From Bacteroidales bacterium (GTDB lineage: Bacteria > Bacteroidota > Bacteroidia > Bacteroidales > UBA12170), in contig JAFGHU010000180.1 in NCBI GenBank assembly GCA_016929955.1, positions 2,199 through 66,198 of the forward strand: a stretch of DNA of 64,000 bases, read 5' to 3'. Made by a program: the position numbers and the translations under genes. Positions 1 to 8,570 of the stretch are shown piece by piece (positions within the stretch are counted from its first letter, which is position 1; the number at the start of each line of letters is the position of its first letter). The notes below the pieces were generated by a model. That model saw only the letters and a program-made list of their open reading frames with translations, searched no databases and was not told the DNA's origin.

Positions 1-3000
1 GCGGAACTTTTGATGATTACAGTGGAACAAGAGAGGGAGCTGCATGGGTTTTCGTTAAACCTGGTTCAGGATGGATCGACATGACAGTTCCAACGGCAAA
101 ATTAACTGCTGACGATACCGGTACTAGAGATCTTTTTGGCGCTTCTGTTGGTATTTCGGGCGATGTTGTTGTCGTTGGTGCACCAGAGCATGATGTTCAA
201 GCAACCAATGCGGGAGCAATCTATATATTTGAAAAGCCAAGTGCAGGTTGGTCAGATATGGCCGCTCAAACACAAAAATTTCTGATTAGTGGGGGGGCGG
301 CTTATGACTATTTTGGTTGTTCAGTTAGTATTTCCAATGATGTAATTGTTGCCGGAGCTTCCGGATCTGGTAGGGTTTATGTCTTTACAAAGACAAGCAC
401 TTGGGCGCAAACATCAACACTTTCTGCTTTAGATTCTTTTAGTGGTGATCAATTTGGAAAAAGTGTTAGTATTAACGGAACTCGAGTTGTTGCCGGAGCA
501 GTATACGATAACGATTATGGAACGAATTCGGGCTCTGCATATGTTTTTGATAATCTAACTGGCGACTGGGATGAAGCTACTCAATCAGCTAAATTGTTAC
601 CAAGAAAATACAGCAATACAAATTATCTACAAGCAGGAAAATCAGTAGCGGTCTTTGAAAATATTGCGGTTGTTGGTATGGATAATGAGCTTGGAAATTC
701 TGTTGAAGTGCTGGAATTTAATGGTTCCAGCTGGTCTAAAATAGCTTATTTAACACCAAGTGATGGTGTAGCCGGCGATAAATTTGGGTTTGCTGTTGAT
801 ATCTATCAAGATATGATTGTTGTTGGCGCCTATGAACATGCAACTACTGGGGCTGCCTATGTCTTTGTTAAACCGTCTACTGGTTGGGAAGATATGACGG
901 AAAACATCAAACTGACAGCCACAGATGCAGCTGGTGGTGATCTGTTTGGGTATGCTGTTTGTGTCGGGCCCGGTTACGATGGTTCTGCCTATAGAGTAGT
1001 GGTTGGTGCTGATAAAAATGATGGAAATAAAGGCGCCGCATACGTGTTTGAAAAAACCGGTTTGCAATATTATAGTTTAAGTCAAACAGGAAAATTAACT
1101 TCTTCTGTCGGTATAGCAGAACATCTTGGAAGTTCGGTAGATATTGAGGGTAATGTCTTAGTAGTTGGAGCTAATCTTGGATTTAATAGCTCTTCATCCT
1201 TAACAACGGGTGCTGCTTATGTATTTGAGTCAACATCAAATTTTTGGGGAAATCATACCGAAAAGGCAATTCTATTGGCATCAGACGGAGCTTTGTATGA
1301 TGAGTTTGGTACATCTGTAAGTATTTCTGATGATGTTATAGTCGTTGGAGCTAGCGCTAATGACGAACATGGAACATCCGCTGGTGCAGCATATGTTTAT
1401 GTTAAACCAGAACAAGGGGGATGGGCATCAACCGCGGTTGAAGATGCTAAATTATATGGAACCACAATAGTAGATTATAATTTATTTGGAAATTCTGTAA
1501 GCATTTCAAATAATAGAATTGTCGTAGGAGCTTATCAATCAAATGGAAACGCCAGAGGCACTGCTTTTGTTTTTGAAAAACCATTATCGGGTTGGGCTTC
1601 CGGTACAGAATCAGCCCTATTAACAGCATCAGACGCTTCTGATTATGATTATTTTGGATGTTCTGTTGCTGCATTTAAAAATTACCTTGTCGTGGGAGCC
1701 CTTGGTAATGATATAAATAATTCAACTGATGCAGGCTCTGCTTATCTTTTTCAAGCACCTTTAACCTGGACCGGTGGTACAGATACCGATTGGCATAATG
1801 TTGCCAACTGGGATTTTGGTGTTTTACCTAAGAATTACGATGATATTATTATTGCAGATGTTGCAAATGATCCAATTATTACCGCATCTGCGGATGCTTA
1901 TAATTTAGAATTAGAAGCTTCGGCAACACTTACTATTTCTTCAGATGCTTCCACCAGTGGATCATTAATTATTGCAGGAGCTTATAGTGGGGCTGCCGAT
2001 GTAACTTATAACCGGTATTTAACAGGCAACCAAACCCATTTTATAGGTTCTCCTTTTAGTAATGAAACTTTGGCCAGCTTTATAACTACTGCCGGTTTAA
2101 TTAATGACGGGACTAACTACAATATGACACATTATGTAGAGAGTACTGATAATTGGTATGGTAAATATTTAGCAAGTGTTTCCGGTGATTTTGTGCCCGG
2201 CCAGGGCTATGCCATTAAGACCATTTCAGATGGAAATATTTATTTTGAGGGAACGCCAAACACAGCAGCTGTAAATGCCACAATAACGAGTGATGCAAAT
2301 GGTTGGAATCTGTTGAGTAATCCTTATACCAGCGCCATTGCCGTTACTGATGATGCCACAAGCGTTGACGAATATTTGTTACAAGCAAGCAATTTGGCTG
2401 TTTTAGAGCCAAGTTATGCAGCCGTATATGTTTGGGATGAAAATGTTTCTGATCCTACAAACCTGGATAATTATAAAGTAATTAACAACGCTGCTAGTGG
2501 AAACTTGGTTCAAGATTATCTGCAAGTTGGTCAGGGCTTTTTTGTTAGATCAATAAGTGGAGGCGGCAGTTTTGCCATAACACCTGCTATGCAAAGTCAT
2601 CAAACAGCTATTGCCTTTAAAAAGACAAGCAATTCCAATTGGGCCAATATTAAATTAATAGCCGAAAACCAAGAGTCTAAAGTAAGCACTCAAATAGCTT
2701 ATAACGAACACATGACTCGCGGTTTGGATGTTAGCTACGATGCCGGATATTTTAATTCGCATCCAAACTTTGCCTTGTACACCAAATTAGTTGATGACAA
2801 TGGGGAAAAGTTCGCCTTGCAGTGTTTGCCTGCCTCATACGAAGATTTAATTGTTCCTATTGGATTGGAAGTTGAAGCAGGGACTTCACTAACCTTTAAA
2901 GTAGAACTAAGTAATTTACCTGAGGATTATGTAGCTGTTTTAGAAGACCGTTTGTTGGGTACTATGACAAGCCTAGAAAATGAAAACGATTTCTACAATA

Positions 3001-3323
3001 TAACCCTTGAAAACGGAAACATAGGAACAGGTCGATTTTATTTACATACCGGTTATAAATCTACATTGGGTTCGGATGAACTTAGTCAGTCTGCCTTTCA
3101 TGTTTATGCCAATGCAAGCAGTAGTTTATTGTTAATAAACGGAAATGTGGATGAAAACACAAAAGCATCTGTTTATGATATACAAGGAAAATTGGTAAAA
3201 ACATTCGAATTGCAAAGAGGCACACAAAATAGTTTAAAGTTTAATGAGCAATCGGGCGTTTATATAATCCAAATAAGCAATAGCAAAGGGGTTTTAAACG
3301 AGAAAGTAAATTGGGTGAAGTAA
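1..3323 (+). CDS. FG-GAP repeat (integrin-alpha-like beta-propeller) surface protein with C-terminal T9SS type A sorting domain; 5' end lies outside the window
   Basis: Frame is open from nt 3 (GTFDDYSGTREGAAWVFVKP...) into the 81..3323 ORF. About 10 repeats of FGxSVxIxxxxxVVGA...GAAYVF. C-terminus has VYDIQGKLV...SGVYIIQI...KV, typical of T9SS CTDs. Confidence 0.88.
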   Translation, partial: GTFDDYSGTREGAAWVFVKPGSGWIDMTVPTAKLTADDTGTRDLFGASVGISGDVVVVGAPEHDVQATNAGAIYIFEKPSAGWSDMAAQTQKFLISGGAAYDYFGCSVSISNDVIVAGASGSGRVYVFTKTSTWAQTSTLSALDSFSGDQFGKSVSINGTRVVAGAVYDNDYGTNSGSAYVFDNLTGDWDEATQSAKLLPRKYSNTNYLQAGKSVAVFENIAVVGMDNELGNSVEVLEFNGSSWSKIAYLTPSDGVAGDKFGFAVDIYQDMIVVGAYEHATTGAAYVFVKPSTGWEDMTENIKLTATDAAGGDLFGYAVCVGPGYDGSAYRVVVGADKNDGNKGAAYVFEKTGLQYYSLSQTGKLTSSVGIAEHLGSSVDIEGNVLVVGANLGFNSSSSLTTGAAYVFESTSNFWGNHTEKAILLASDGALYDEFGTSVSISDDVIVVGASANDEHGTSAGAAYVYVKPEQGGWASTAVEDAKLYGTTIVDYNLFGNSVSISNNRIVVGAYQSNGNARGTAFVFEKPLSGWASGTESALLTASDASDYDYFGCSVAAFKNYLVVGALGNDINNSTDAGSAYLFQAPLTWTGGTDTDWHNVANWDFGVLPKNYDDIIIADVANDPIITASADAYNLELEASATLTISSDASTSGSLIIAGAYSGAADVTYNRYLTGNQTHFIGSPFSNETLASFITTAGLINDGTNYNMTHYVESTDNWYGKYLASVSGDFVPGQGYAIKTISDGNIYFEGTPNTAAVNATITSDANGWNLLSNPYTSAIAVTDDATSVDEYLLQASNLAVLEPSYAAVYVWDENVSDPTNLDNYKVINNAASGNLVQDYLQVGQGFFVRSISGGGSFAITPAMQSHQTAIAFKKTSNSNWANIKLIAENQESKVSTQIAYNEHMTRGLDVSYDAGYFNSHPNFALYTKLVDDNGEKFALQCLPASYEDLIVPIGLEVEAGTSLTFKVELSNLPEDYVAVLEDRLLGTMTSLENENDFYNITLENGNIGTGRFYLHTGYKSTLGSDELSQSAFHVYANASSSLLLINGNVDENTKASVYDIQGKLVKTFELQRGTQNSLKFNEQSGVYIIQISNSKGVLNEKVNWVK

Positions 3324-3389
3324 AGACTAGTTTGTCACATCGAACTTGTCGAGATGTCTAGTTCTTGATAAGGTCGATGCAACAAGTCT
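3324..3389. repeat. REP-like long imperfect palindrome
   Basis: ttgtcacatcga/tcgatgcaacaa and cttgtcgaga/tcttgataag form nested stems directly after the stop codon; resembles Bacteroidota gtcacatcgagc...gtcgagatg REP-like elements. Confidence 0.5.
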
Positions 3390-3489
3390 TAAATCAAAAT
3401 GAAAATCAACAATAAAACAAAACATTGAGATAGGCGAGAGGCTGAAGTTTACACCATGTTTCTTTGGCTTCGAGCCTGTTTCAAAAAAA

Positions 3490-3681
3490 ATGATCAGTAT
3501 GAAAAAAGAAATAAAAAATAGTAAGGATAAAAGGCAAAAGGAAGAATTAATTTCTCGAAAAGAGGCCATTAAAAAAGTAGGCACTTATGCTGCTTTTACG
3601 GCTCTGGGAACTATGGTAATTTTGAGTCCAAAAGCTGCTCAAGCAGGTTCTCAAACACCTGCTCCACCTCCGGCTTGGTAG
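3490..3681 (+). CDS. Small Tat-like signal-peptide-containing protein (putative secreted micro-peptide precursor)
   Basis: Basic N-region, SRKEAIKK (SRRxFLK-like), hydrophobic YAAFTALGTMVILSP, AQA cleavage motif and a short Pro-rich tail GSQTPAPPPAW. Start may be ATG 3499. Confidence 0.7.
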   Translation: MISMKKEIKNSKDKRQKEELISRKEAIKKVGTYAAFTALGTMVILSPKAAQAGSQTPAPPPAW

Positions 3682-3801
3682 TTTCAAATTTGCTCTAAGG
3701 CTGAATATTATTGAGCACTAGGGGTATTAGAGAAGTAATCATCAGTGGGAATAGCTTTAAAAGCATATCAATTTTTATCGGCAAGCAGAAAGCTATTTGT
3801 C

Positions 3802-3836
3802 AATGGACAGTCTGACGGGCTGTCCATTTTCTATTT
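3802..3836 (+). terminator. Rho-independent terminator downstream of the small peptide gene
   Basis: aatggacag-N9-ctgtccatt followed by T-rich ttctattt. Confidence 0.6.
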
Positions 3837-3927
3837 AAAATGTTGTTTTTATAGGTGTTGTATACGCTCAAGGTGAATTTTCCACTCAATTTTGGACTTC
3901 TCGCTGAACTTTCCCATTTTATCGCAG

Positions 3928-4305
3928 AAATATCGTTTGAATATACAGAAATGTCTTTTGAACAAGCTGAAATGCACTTTGAATGAATTAAAATGCATGC
4001 TGAATGACCTAAAATGTATTTTGAAAGCCCAAAAATGCCCTTTGATCTATGCAAAATGCCCTTTAATTGATGTAAAATGTCCTTTGATTGATGTAAAATG
4101 CGCTTTGATTGATGTAAAATGTCCTTTGATTGATGTAAAATGCGCTTTGATCGATGTAAAATGCCCTTTGATTGTATCAAAACTGACATTGAGGCAGGTA
4201 TAAAACACTATGCACGAGCTTAATTCTATTTCGAGAAAGCGACAAAGTATTTCGCAGAAGCAAAAATTCATTTTGCGCTACTGAAATCTGACATTGCGGC
4301 AGCGT
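3928..4305. repeat. 21-bp-period tandem repeat array (about 18 units, near-perfect core 4033-4179)
   Basis: Units aaatg(t/c)(c/g)ctttgattgatgta start at 4054, 4075, 4096, 4117 and 4138. Degenerate units run back to 3928. ctgacattg(a/c)ggcag recurs at 4183 and 4288 (5x21 apart). Confidence 0.9.
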
Positions 4306-4327
4306 AATTGCTTTTAAAGTTATCGAC

Positions 4328-4362
4328 AAAAAAAACCGATAAGAAATCAATCCTATCGGTTT
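4328..4362 (-). terminator. trxA terminator
   Basis: Minus strand aaaccgatag...ttatcggtt followed by a poly-T tract. Confidence 0.75.
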
Positions 4363-4383
4363 GCTTTGTTTTTGAAGAGCAGC

Positions 4384-4701
4384 TTATAAAAGAGGCTCTA
4401 ATTTTCCTACCAATACTTGTTTTGGTACAGCTCCAACTTGTTTATCGGCTATTTCGCCATTTTTGAAAAACAAAATGGTTGGAATATTTCTAATACTGTA
4501 GCGACGAGCAATTTCCGGATTATTGTCAACATCCAATTTTCCTACCAATGCCTGTCCTTGGTAATCTTGTCCAATTTCTTCAACTATTGGCCCTACCATT
4601 CGGCAAGGTCCACACCAAACAGCCCATAAATCAACAATTACGGGAATATCTGATTTTAGTACTAATTCGTCAAAGTTTGCGTCTGTAAATTCTAATGCCA
4701 T
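4384..4701 (-). CDS. trxA: Thioredoxin
   Basis: WCGPC active site, cis-Pro IPT motif, 105 aa; own TATCTTTG promoter box at 4732-4739 (minus strand). Confidence 0.97.
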   Translation of the reverse strand: MALEFTDANFDELVLKSDIPVIVDLWAVWCGPCRMVGPIVEEIGQDYQGQALVGKLDVDNNPEIARRYSIRNIPTILFFKNGEIADKQVGAVPKQVLVGKLEPLL

Positions 4702-4772
4702 GGCCTTTTATCTTATAGTTTTTTAAAGATTCAAAGATAGGTTATTTTCATTTTTGAAAATGATAAAATAAA

Positions 4773-5240
4773 TTATTCTTCTATAGTTTTTATCAAATTT
4801 ACCATTTCGATAGCTGTAACGGCAACATCAAATCCTTTGTTTCCCGATTTGGTTCCGGCTCGTTCTATAGCTTGCTCAATATTATCTGTTGTTAAGATAC
4901 CAAAGATAACAGGAACTTCAGTTTCTAAGGTGACATGCGCAATTCCTTTAGACACTTCAGCAGATACATAGTCGAAATGAGGTGTTGCTCCTCTAATAAC
5001 AGCTCCCAAGCAAATAACCGCATCGTATTTTTTTGATTTAGCCATCTTTTTTGCGATCAATGGAATTTCAAAAGCACCGGGTGTCCAGGCAATTTCTATA
5101 TTTTCGTCGGCAGCCCCATGGCGCTTTAAAGCGTCAATGGCTCCATCTAAAAGCTTACTTCCGATAAATTCGTTAAATCGACCCACAATAATTCCAAATT
5201 TATGTTTGCCGGCATCTAGTTTTCCTTCTATTTTTTTCAT
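4773..5240 (-). CDS. ribH: 6,7-dimethyl-8-ribityllumazine synthase
   Basis: [25 protein letters not shown] and [10 protein letters not shown] motifs. Confidence 0.97.
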   Translation of the reverse strand: MKKIEGKLDAGKHKFGIIVGRFNEFIGSKLLDGAIDALKRHGAADENIEIAWTPGAFEIPLIAKKMAKSKKYDAVICLGAVIRGATPHFDYVSAEVSKGIAHVTLETEVPVIFGILTTDNIEQAIERAGTKSGNKGFDVAVTAIEMVNLIKTIEE

Positions 5241-5256
5241 CTTGATCTATTTATTT

Positions 5257-6477
5257 TTAATGATTTTCTATTCTAATTCCGTGTAAAATATGACCCATTT
5301 TTAAGGCTTTTGTTTCCATATAAAAATGGTTTTTCTCGTGATGATTCATTTCAATATGAATGCGTTCTACTACTTCTATTCCAAATTCATTCAGTGCATT
5401 TATTTTATCCGGATTATTGGTCATCAATTTTACTTTTTGAATGCCTAAATAAGCTAAAATTTCGCCACTTATGGTGTAATTACGCATATCAGGCGCAAAG
5501 CCTAATGCTTCGTTGGCCTCCACAGTGTCCATTCCTGCATCCTGCAGTTTATAGGCTTTTAGCTTATTCATAAGCCCAATGCCTCGTCCTTCTTGGCGTA
5601 AATAAATCACCACTCCGCTTCCTGCTACGGCAATTCGTTTCATAGCTTCGTTTAATTGTTCACCACAATCGCAGCGCAAAGATCCAAACACATCACCCGT
5701 TAAACATTCAGAGTGTATGCGAACTAAAACAGGTTGATTGCTTTTTAGATCACCCATAACTAAGGCAACATGTTCTTTTCCGGTTATTTTATGCGTAAAT
5801 CCGTAAGCCTGAAAGTTTCCATGCTTAGTAGGCATCTCTACCTTAGTCACATAATGCGCCATGCTTTCGGTTTTGCGTCGATATTCGATTAAAGAAGCAA
5901 TACTGATGAGTTTTAAGCCATGTTTTTCTTTAAACTTGATGAGTTCAGGTAATCTGGCCATATTTCCGTCTTCGCTCATTATTTCACAAATCACTCCGGC
6001 GGGATCGCTACCTGCCATACGTGCTAAATCTACGGCAGCTTCGGTGTGTCCTGCCCGCTCCAATACGCCTCTTTCTTTTGCTACTAAAGGAAAAATATGT
6101 CCCGGACGATTAAAATCACTTGGACGTGCATTTGGATTTAATAAGTGTTGAATGGTTGTCGCTCGCTCAAAGGCAGATATACCGGTTTTCGTATTTTTGG
6201 CATCTACCGAAACAGTAAAGGCCGTATTGTGTGGGTCGGTATTTTTCTGTACCATGGAAAGTATACCAAGTGCATTTAACCGCGACGAAGTCATTGGCGT
6301 ACAGATTAATCCACGACCATGCGTAGCCATAAAATTTATGGCCTGAGGCGTGGCAAATTCGGCCGCCATAAGTAAGTCACCTTCATTTTCTCGGTTTTCA
6401 TCGTCAACAACGATAAGCATTTTGCCTTCTTTTATATCGGCCAAGGCTTCTTCAATTGTGCTAAAATCATTATTCAT
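5257..6477 (-). CDS. ribBA: Bifunctional 3,4-dihydroxy-2-butanone 4-phosphate synthase / GTP cyclohydrolase II
   Basis: DDENRENEGD and RAGHTEA (RibB); RIHSECLTGD..SLRCDCG, QEGRGIGL and TNNPDK (RibA). Confidence 0.97.
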   Translation of the reverse strand: MNNDFSTIEEALADIKEGKMLIVVDDENRENEGDLLMAAEFATPQAINFMATHGRGLICTPMTSSRLNALGILSMVQKNTDPHNTAFTVSVDAKNTKTGISAFERATTIQHLLNPNARPSDFNRPGHIFPLVAKERGVLERAGHTEAAVDLARMAGSDPAGVICEIMSEDGNMARLPELIKFKEKHGLKLISIASLIEYRRKTESMAHYVTKVEMPTKHGNFQAYGFTHKITGKEHVALVMGDLKSNQPVLVRIHSECLTGDVFGSLRCDCGEQLNEAMKRIAVAGSGVVIYLRQEGRGIGLMNKLKAYKLQDAGMDTVEANEALGFAPDMRNYTISGEILAYLGIQKVKLMTNNPDKINALNEFGIEVVERIHIEMNHHEKNHFYMETKALKMGHILHGIRIENH

Positions 6478-7133
6478 TATACATAGCCGTTTTTTGTTAA
6501 AAAATCCATATTTATTTTGGACGTTTTAGCTTTGTTTATATTTTCTTTGGTATTTAAAAAGCGGAAAATATATTTTCCAATCATATCTGTTTCCAGATTT
6601 ACAAGCGCTCCAATATTCTTTTTTAAAAGTGTTGTTTCCTTTGCTGTATGCGGAATAATACTCACTTGGAAATGGGTTTCAAGTATTTCCATTAGCGTTA
6701 AAGAAATGCCATCAATAGTTATCGAGCCTTTAGCTATCATTTTATCAAGCAATTCTTTTGATGTTTCTATGCTAAAAATGGTGGCAATATCATCTGTTTT
6801 TTTGTTGATGATTTTTCCGGTTCCGTCAATATGACCGGAAACTAAATGTCCGCCAAGGCGATCAGATAATCGCATAGCACGCTCCAGATTAACAGCATCG
6901 CCAATTTTCAATTGACTAAAATTTGTTCGGTTTACCGTTTCTGACATAATATCTACAGTAAAAGCGCTATCGTTAATATCGACCACCGTTAAACAAGCGC
7001 CATTGGTAGCTACAGAATCGCCCAATTTTAAATCGTGTAATACTTTTTTAGCTTGTATGCTAAATTGAAACGAATGGCGCCCTTTCGTTATCTTGCTTAT
7101 TTTTCCAATTTCTTCTATTAATCCGGTAAACAT
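6477..7133 (-). CDS. ribE: Riboflavin synthase (alpha chain)
   Basis: MFTGLIEE N-terminus, NGACLTV, GGHLVSGHIDG; TAATG overlap with ribBA. Confidence 0.97.
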   Translation of the reverse strand: MFTGLIEEIGKISKITKGRHSFQFSIQAKKVLHDLKLGDSVATNGACLTVVDINDSAFTVDIMSETVNRTNFSQLKIGDAVNLERAMRLSDRLGGHLVSGHIDGTGKIINKKTDDIATIFSIETSKELLDKMIAKGSITIDGISLTLMEILETHFQVSIIPHTAKETTLLKKNIGALVNLETDMIGKYIFRFLNTKENINKAKTSKINMDFLTKNGYV

Positions 7134-8248
7134 CAGGTATAGGCTTCTATGAGTAAGTTGTTTTCAAGTTTTTTATAGCGAAGATTTTTCAGTTGGAGAC
7201 TATCAGAAAGCTTTTCAAAACCGACTCCTTCCATACTTGTTTTGGCGTGAGCACCCCCAATAAGTTTAGGTGCAATAAAAGCATATACTTTATCCACCAG
7301 TTTTTTTTGAGCAAAGCTAAAATTAACCGTTCCTCCGCCTTCAACTAACAGACTGTCAATGTTTTCATCAGCCAGCTTTTCAATCAAATAATGTAAATCA
7401 ATTTTGCCCTCTTTTTCTGGACAAAACAAGACGCGAATCCCTTTGTGTTCGAGTATTCTGCTTTTGTCGCTTGCTTGTTTTTGAGTTGTTGCAATCCAGG
7501 TAGGAGCCAGGCTGGCATTTAAAATTTTAGCCTCGAGTGGTATCTGCAATTGCGAATCCAAGACAATGCGAAGCGGATTTTTTATTTTTTTATTTTTCAA
7601 GCGAACATTTAATTGGGGGTCGTCTGTCAAAACAGTATTAATCCCTACAAGAATAGCGGAATATTGCAAGCGCAAAAGATGCGCAAAAGCCCGCGATTTT
7701 TCGTTACTTATCCATTTCGAATCGCCGCTAAATGTTGCAATTTTCCCGTCGAGGCTGCTGGCCATTTTAAGTGCAATAAAAGGTTTATTATGAGTTATAT
7801 ATTTGAAAAATCGCTCGTTTAATTTAAAAGCTTCTTGTTCTAAAATACCGGAATCTACTTCTATTCCTGCTTGCAACAACATGTTTACACCTTTTCCGGA
7901 TACCAATGGATTGGGATCGAGGCAAGCAATAACCACACGTTTAAATTTATTTTGAATGATTGCTAAAGAGCAAGCCGGAGTTTTTCCCTGATGTGCACAG
8001 GGCTCGAGATTAACATATAGGGTGGCGCCTTCGACAGATGATGTGCTTTTTGCAATGGCGTCGATTTCGGCATGTGCTTCGCCGTATTTCTGGTGCCAGC
8101 CTTCGCCGATGATATGGCCATTTTTGACTATTGTAGCGCCAACCAAAGGATTTGGTGCAACAAAACCACAGCCTTTCTTGGCTAATCGCAAGCTGTTTCG
8201 CATCATTTTGCGATCAAATTCAAGCTGTTTTTTTCTAGTGTCTGTCAT
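7133..8248 (-). CDS. ribD: Bifunctional diaminohydroxyphosphoribosylaminopyrimidine deaminase / reductase
   Basis: PNPLVGA, HAE, LEPCAHQGKTPAC, SLDGKIA and LLVEGG motifs; start placed at ATG 8248, just past the riboswitch terminator. Confidence 0.95.
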   Translation of the reverse strand: MTDTRKKQLEFDRKMMRNSLRLAKKGCGFVAPNPLVGATIVKNGHIIGEGWHQKYGEAHAEIDAIAKSTSSVEGATLYVNLEPCAHQGKTPACSLAIIQNKFKRVVIACLDPNPLVSGKGVNMLLQAGIEVDSGILEQEAFKLNERFFKYITHNKPFIALKMASSLDGKIATFSGDSKWISNEKSRAFAHLLRLQYSAILVGINTVLTDDPQLNVRLKNKKIKNPLRIVLDSQLQIPLEAKILNASLAPTWIATTQKQASDKSRILEHKGIRVLFCPEKEGKIDLHYLIEKLADENIDSLLVEGGGTVNFSFAQKKLVDKVYAFIAPKLIGGAHAKTSMEGVGFEKLSDSLQLKNLRYKKLENNLLIEAYT

Positions 8249-8285
8249 AAAAAAAGCCCTCAAGTATACGATACTTCAGGGCTTT
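8249..8285 (-). terminator. FMN riboswitch expression-platform terminator
   Basis: Minus strand aaagccctgaagtat-cgt-atacttgagggc followed by a poly-T tract. Its 5' arm gccctgaag is complementary to cttcagggc at the aptamer 5' end (antiterminator). Confidence 0.8.
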
Positions 8286-8332
8286 AATAAGCACATTACC
8301 AAAGGTATAAATCCTTGGCTTATTTGCTTTTG

Positions 8333-8447
8333 TTCTTCTTCCATCCAGACTTTACTGTCGATTTTGGAATTTCACCAAATCAGTTCCGAGTATTCGGAAG
8401 TCGCGGATTATCACCGCCGGTCGGGAATTACACCCTGCCCTGAAGAA
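8333..8447 (-). ncRNA. FMN riboswitch (RFN element)
   Basis: Minus strand ttcttcAGGGCAGGGTGTAATTCCCGACCGGCGGT...GGTGAAATTCC...GACAGTAAAGTCTGGATGGAAGAAG matches the RFN consensus; lies directly upstream of the rib operon. Confidence 0.95.
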
Positions 8448-8514
8448 CCTTTTAAACTGGCGCAAAATTACAAATGTTTTTAAAGTAGCCCGTATTTAAT
8501 TTCATTATTTTTAT

Positions 8515-8543
8515 AAAAAAAGCCGAGCGAAAAATCGCCCGGC
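8515..8543 (-). terminator. trxB terminator
   Basis: Minus strand gccgggcga-tttt-tcgctcggc followed by T7. Confidence 0.8.
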
Positions 8544-8570
8544 CCTAATTAACTAAAAAAACTATGCTAA

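Noticed and set aside
3327-3584. 85-aa minus-strand ORF
   Set aside because: Antisense to the better-supported small peptide gene and to the REP-like hairpin; no recognisable motif.
3928-4305. CRISPR array or DGR template repeat
   Set aside because: Units are contiguous 21-mers without unique spacers, and there is no cas or reverse transcriptase gene in the window.
8022-8483. 153-aa plus-strand ORF
   Set aside because: Antisense shadow of ribD and the FMN riboswitch.
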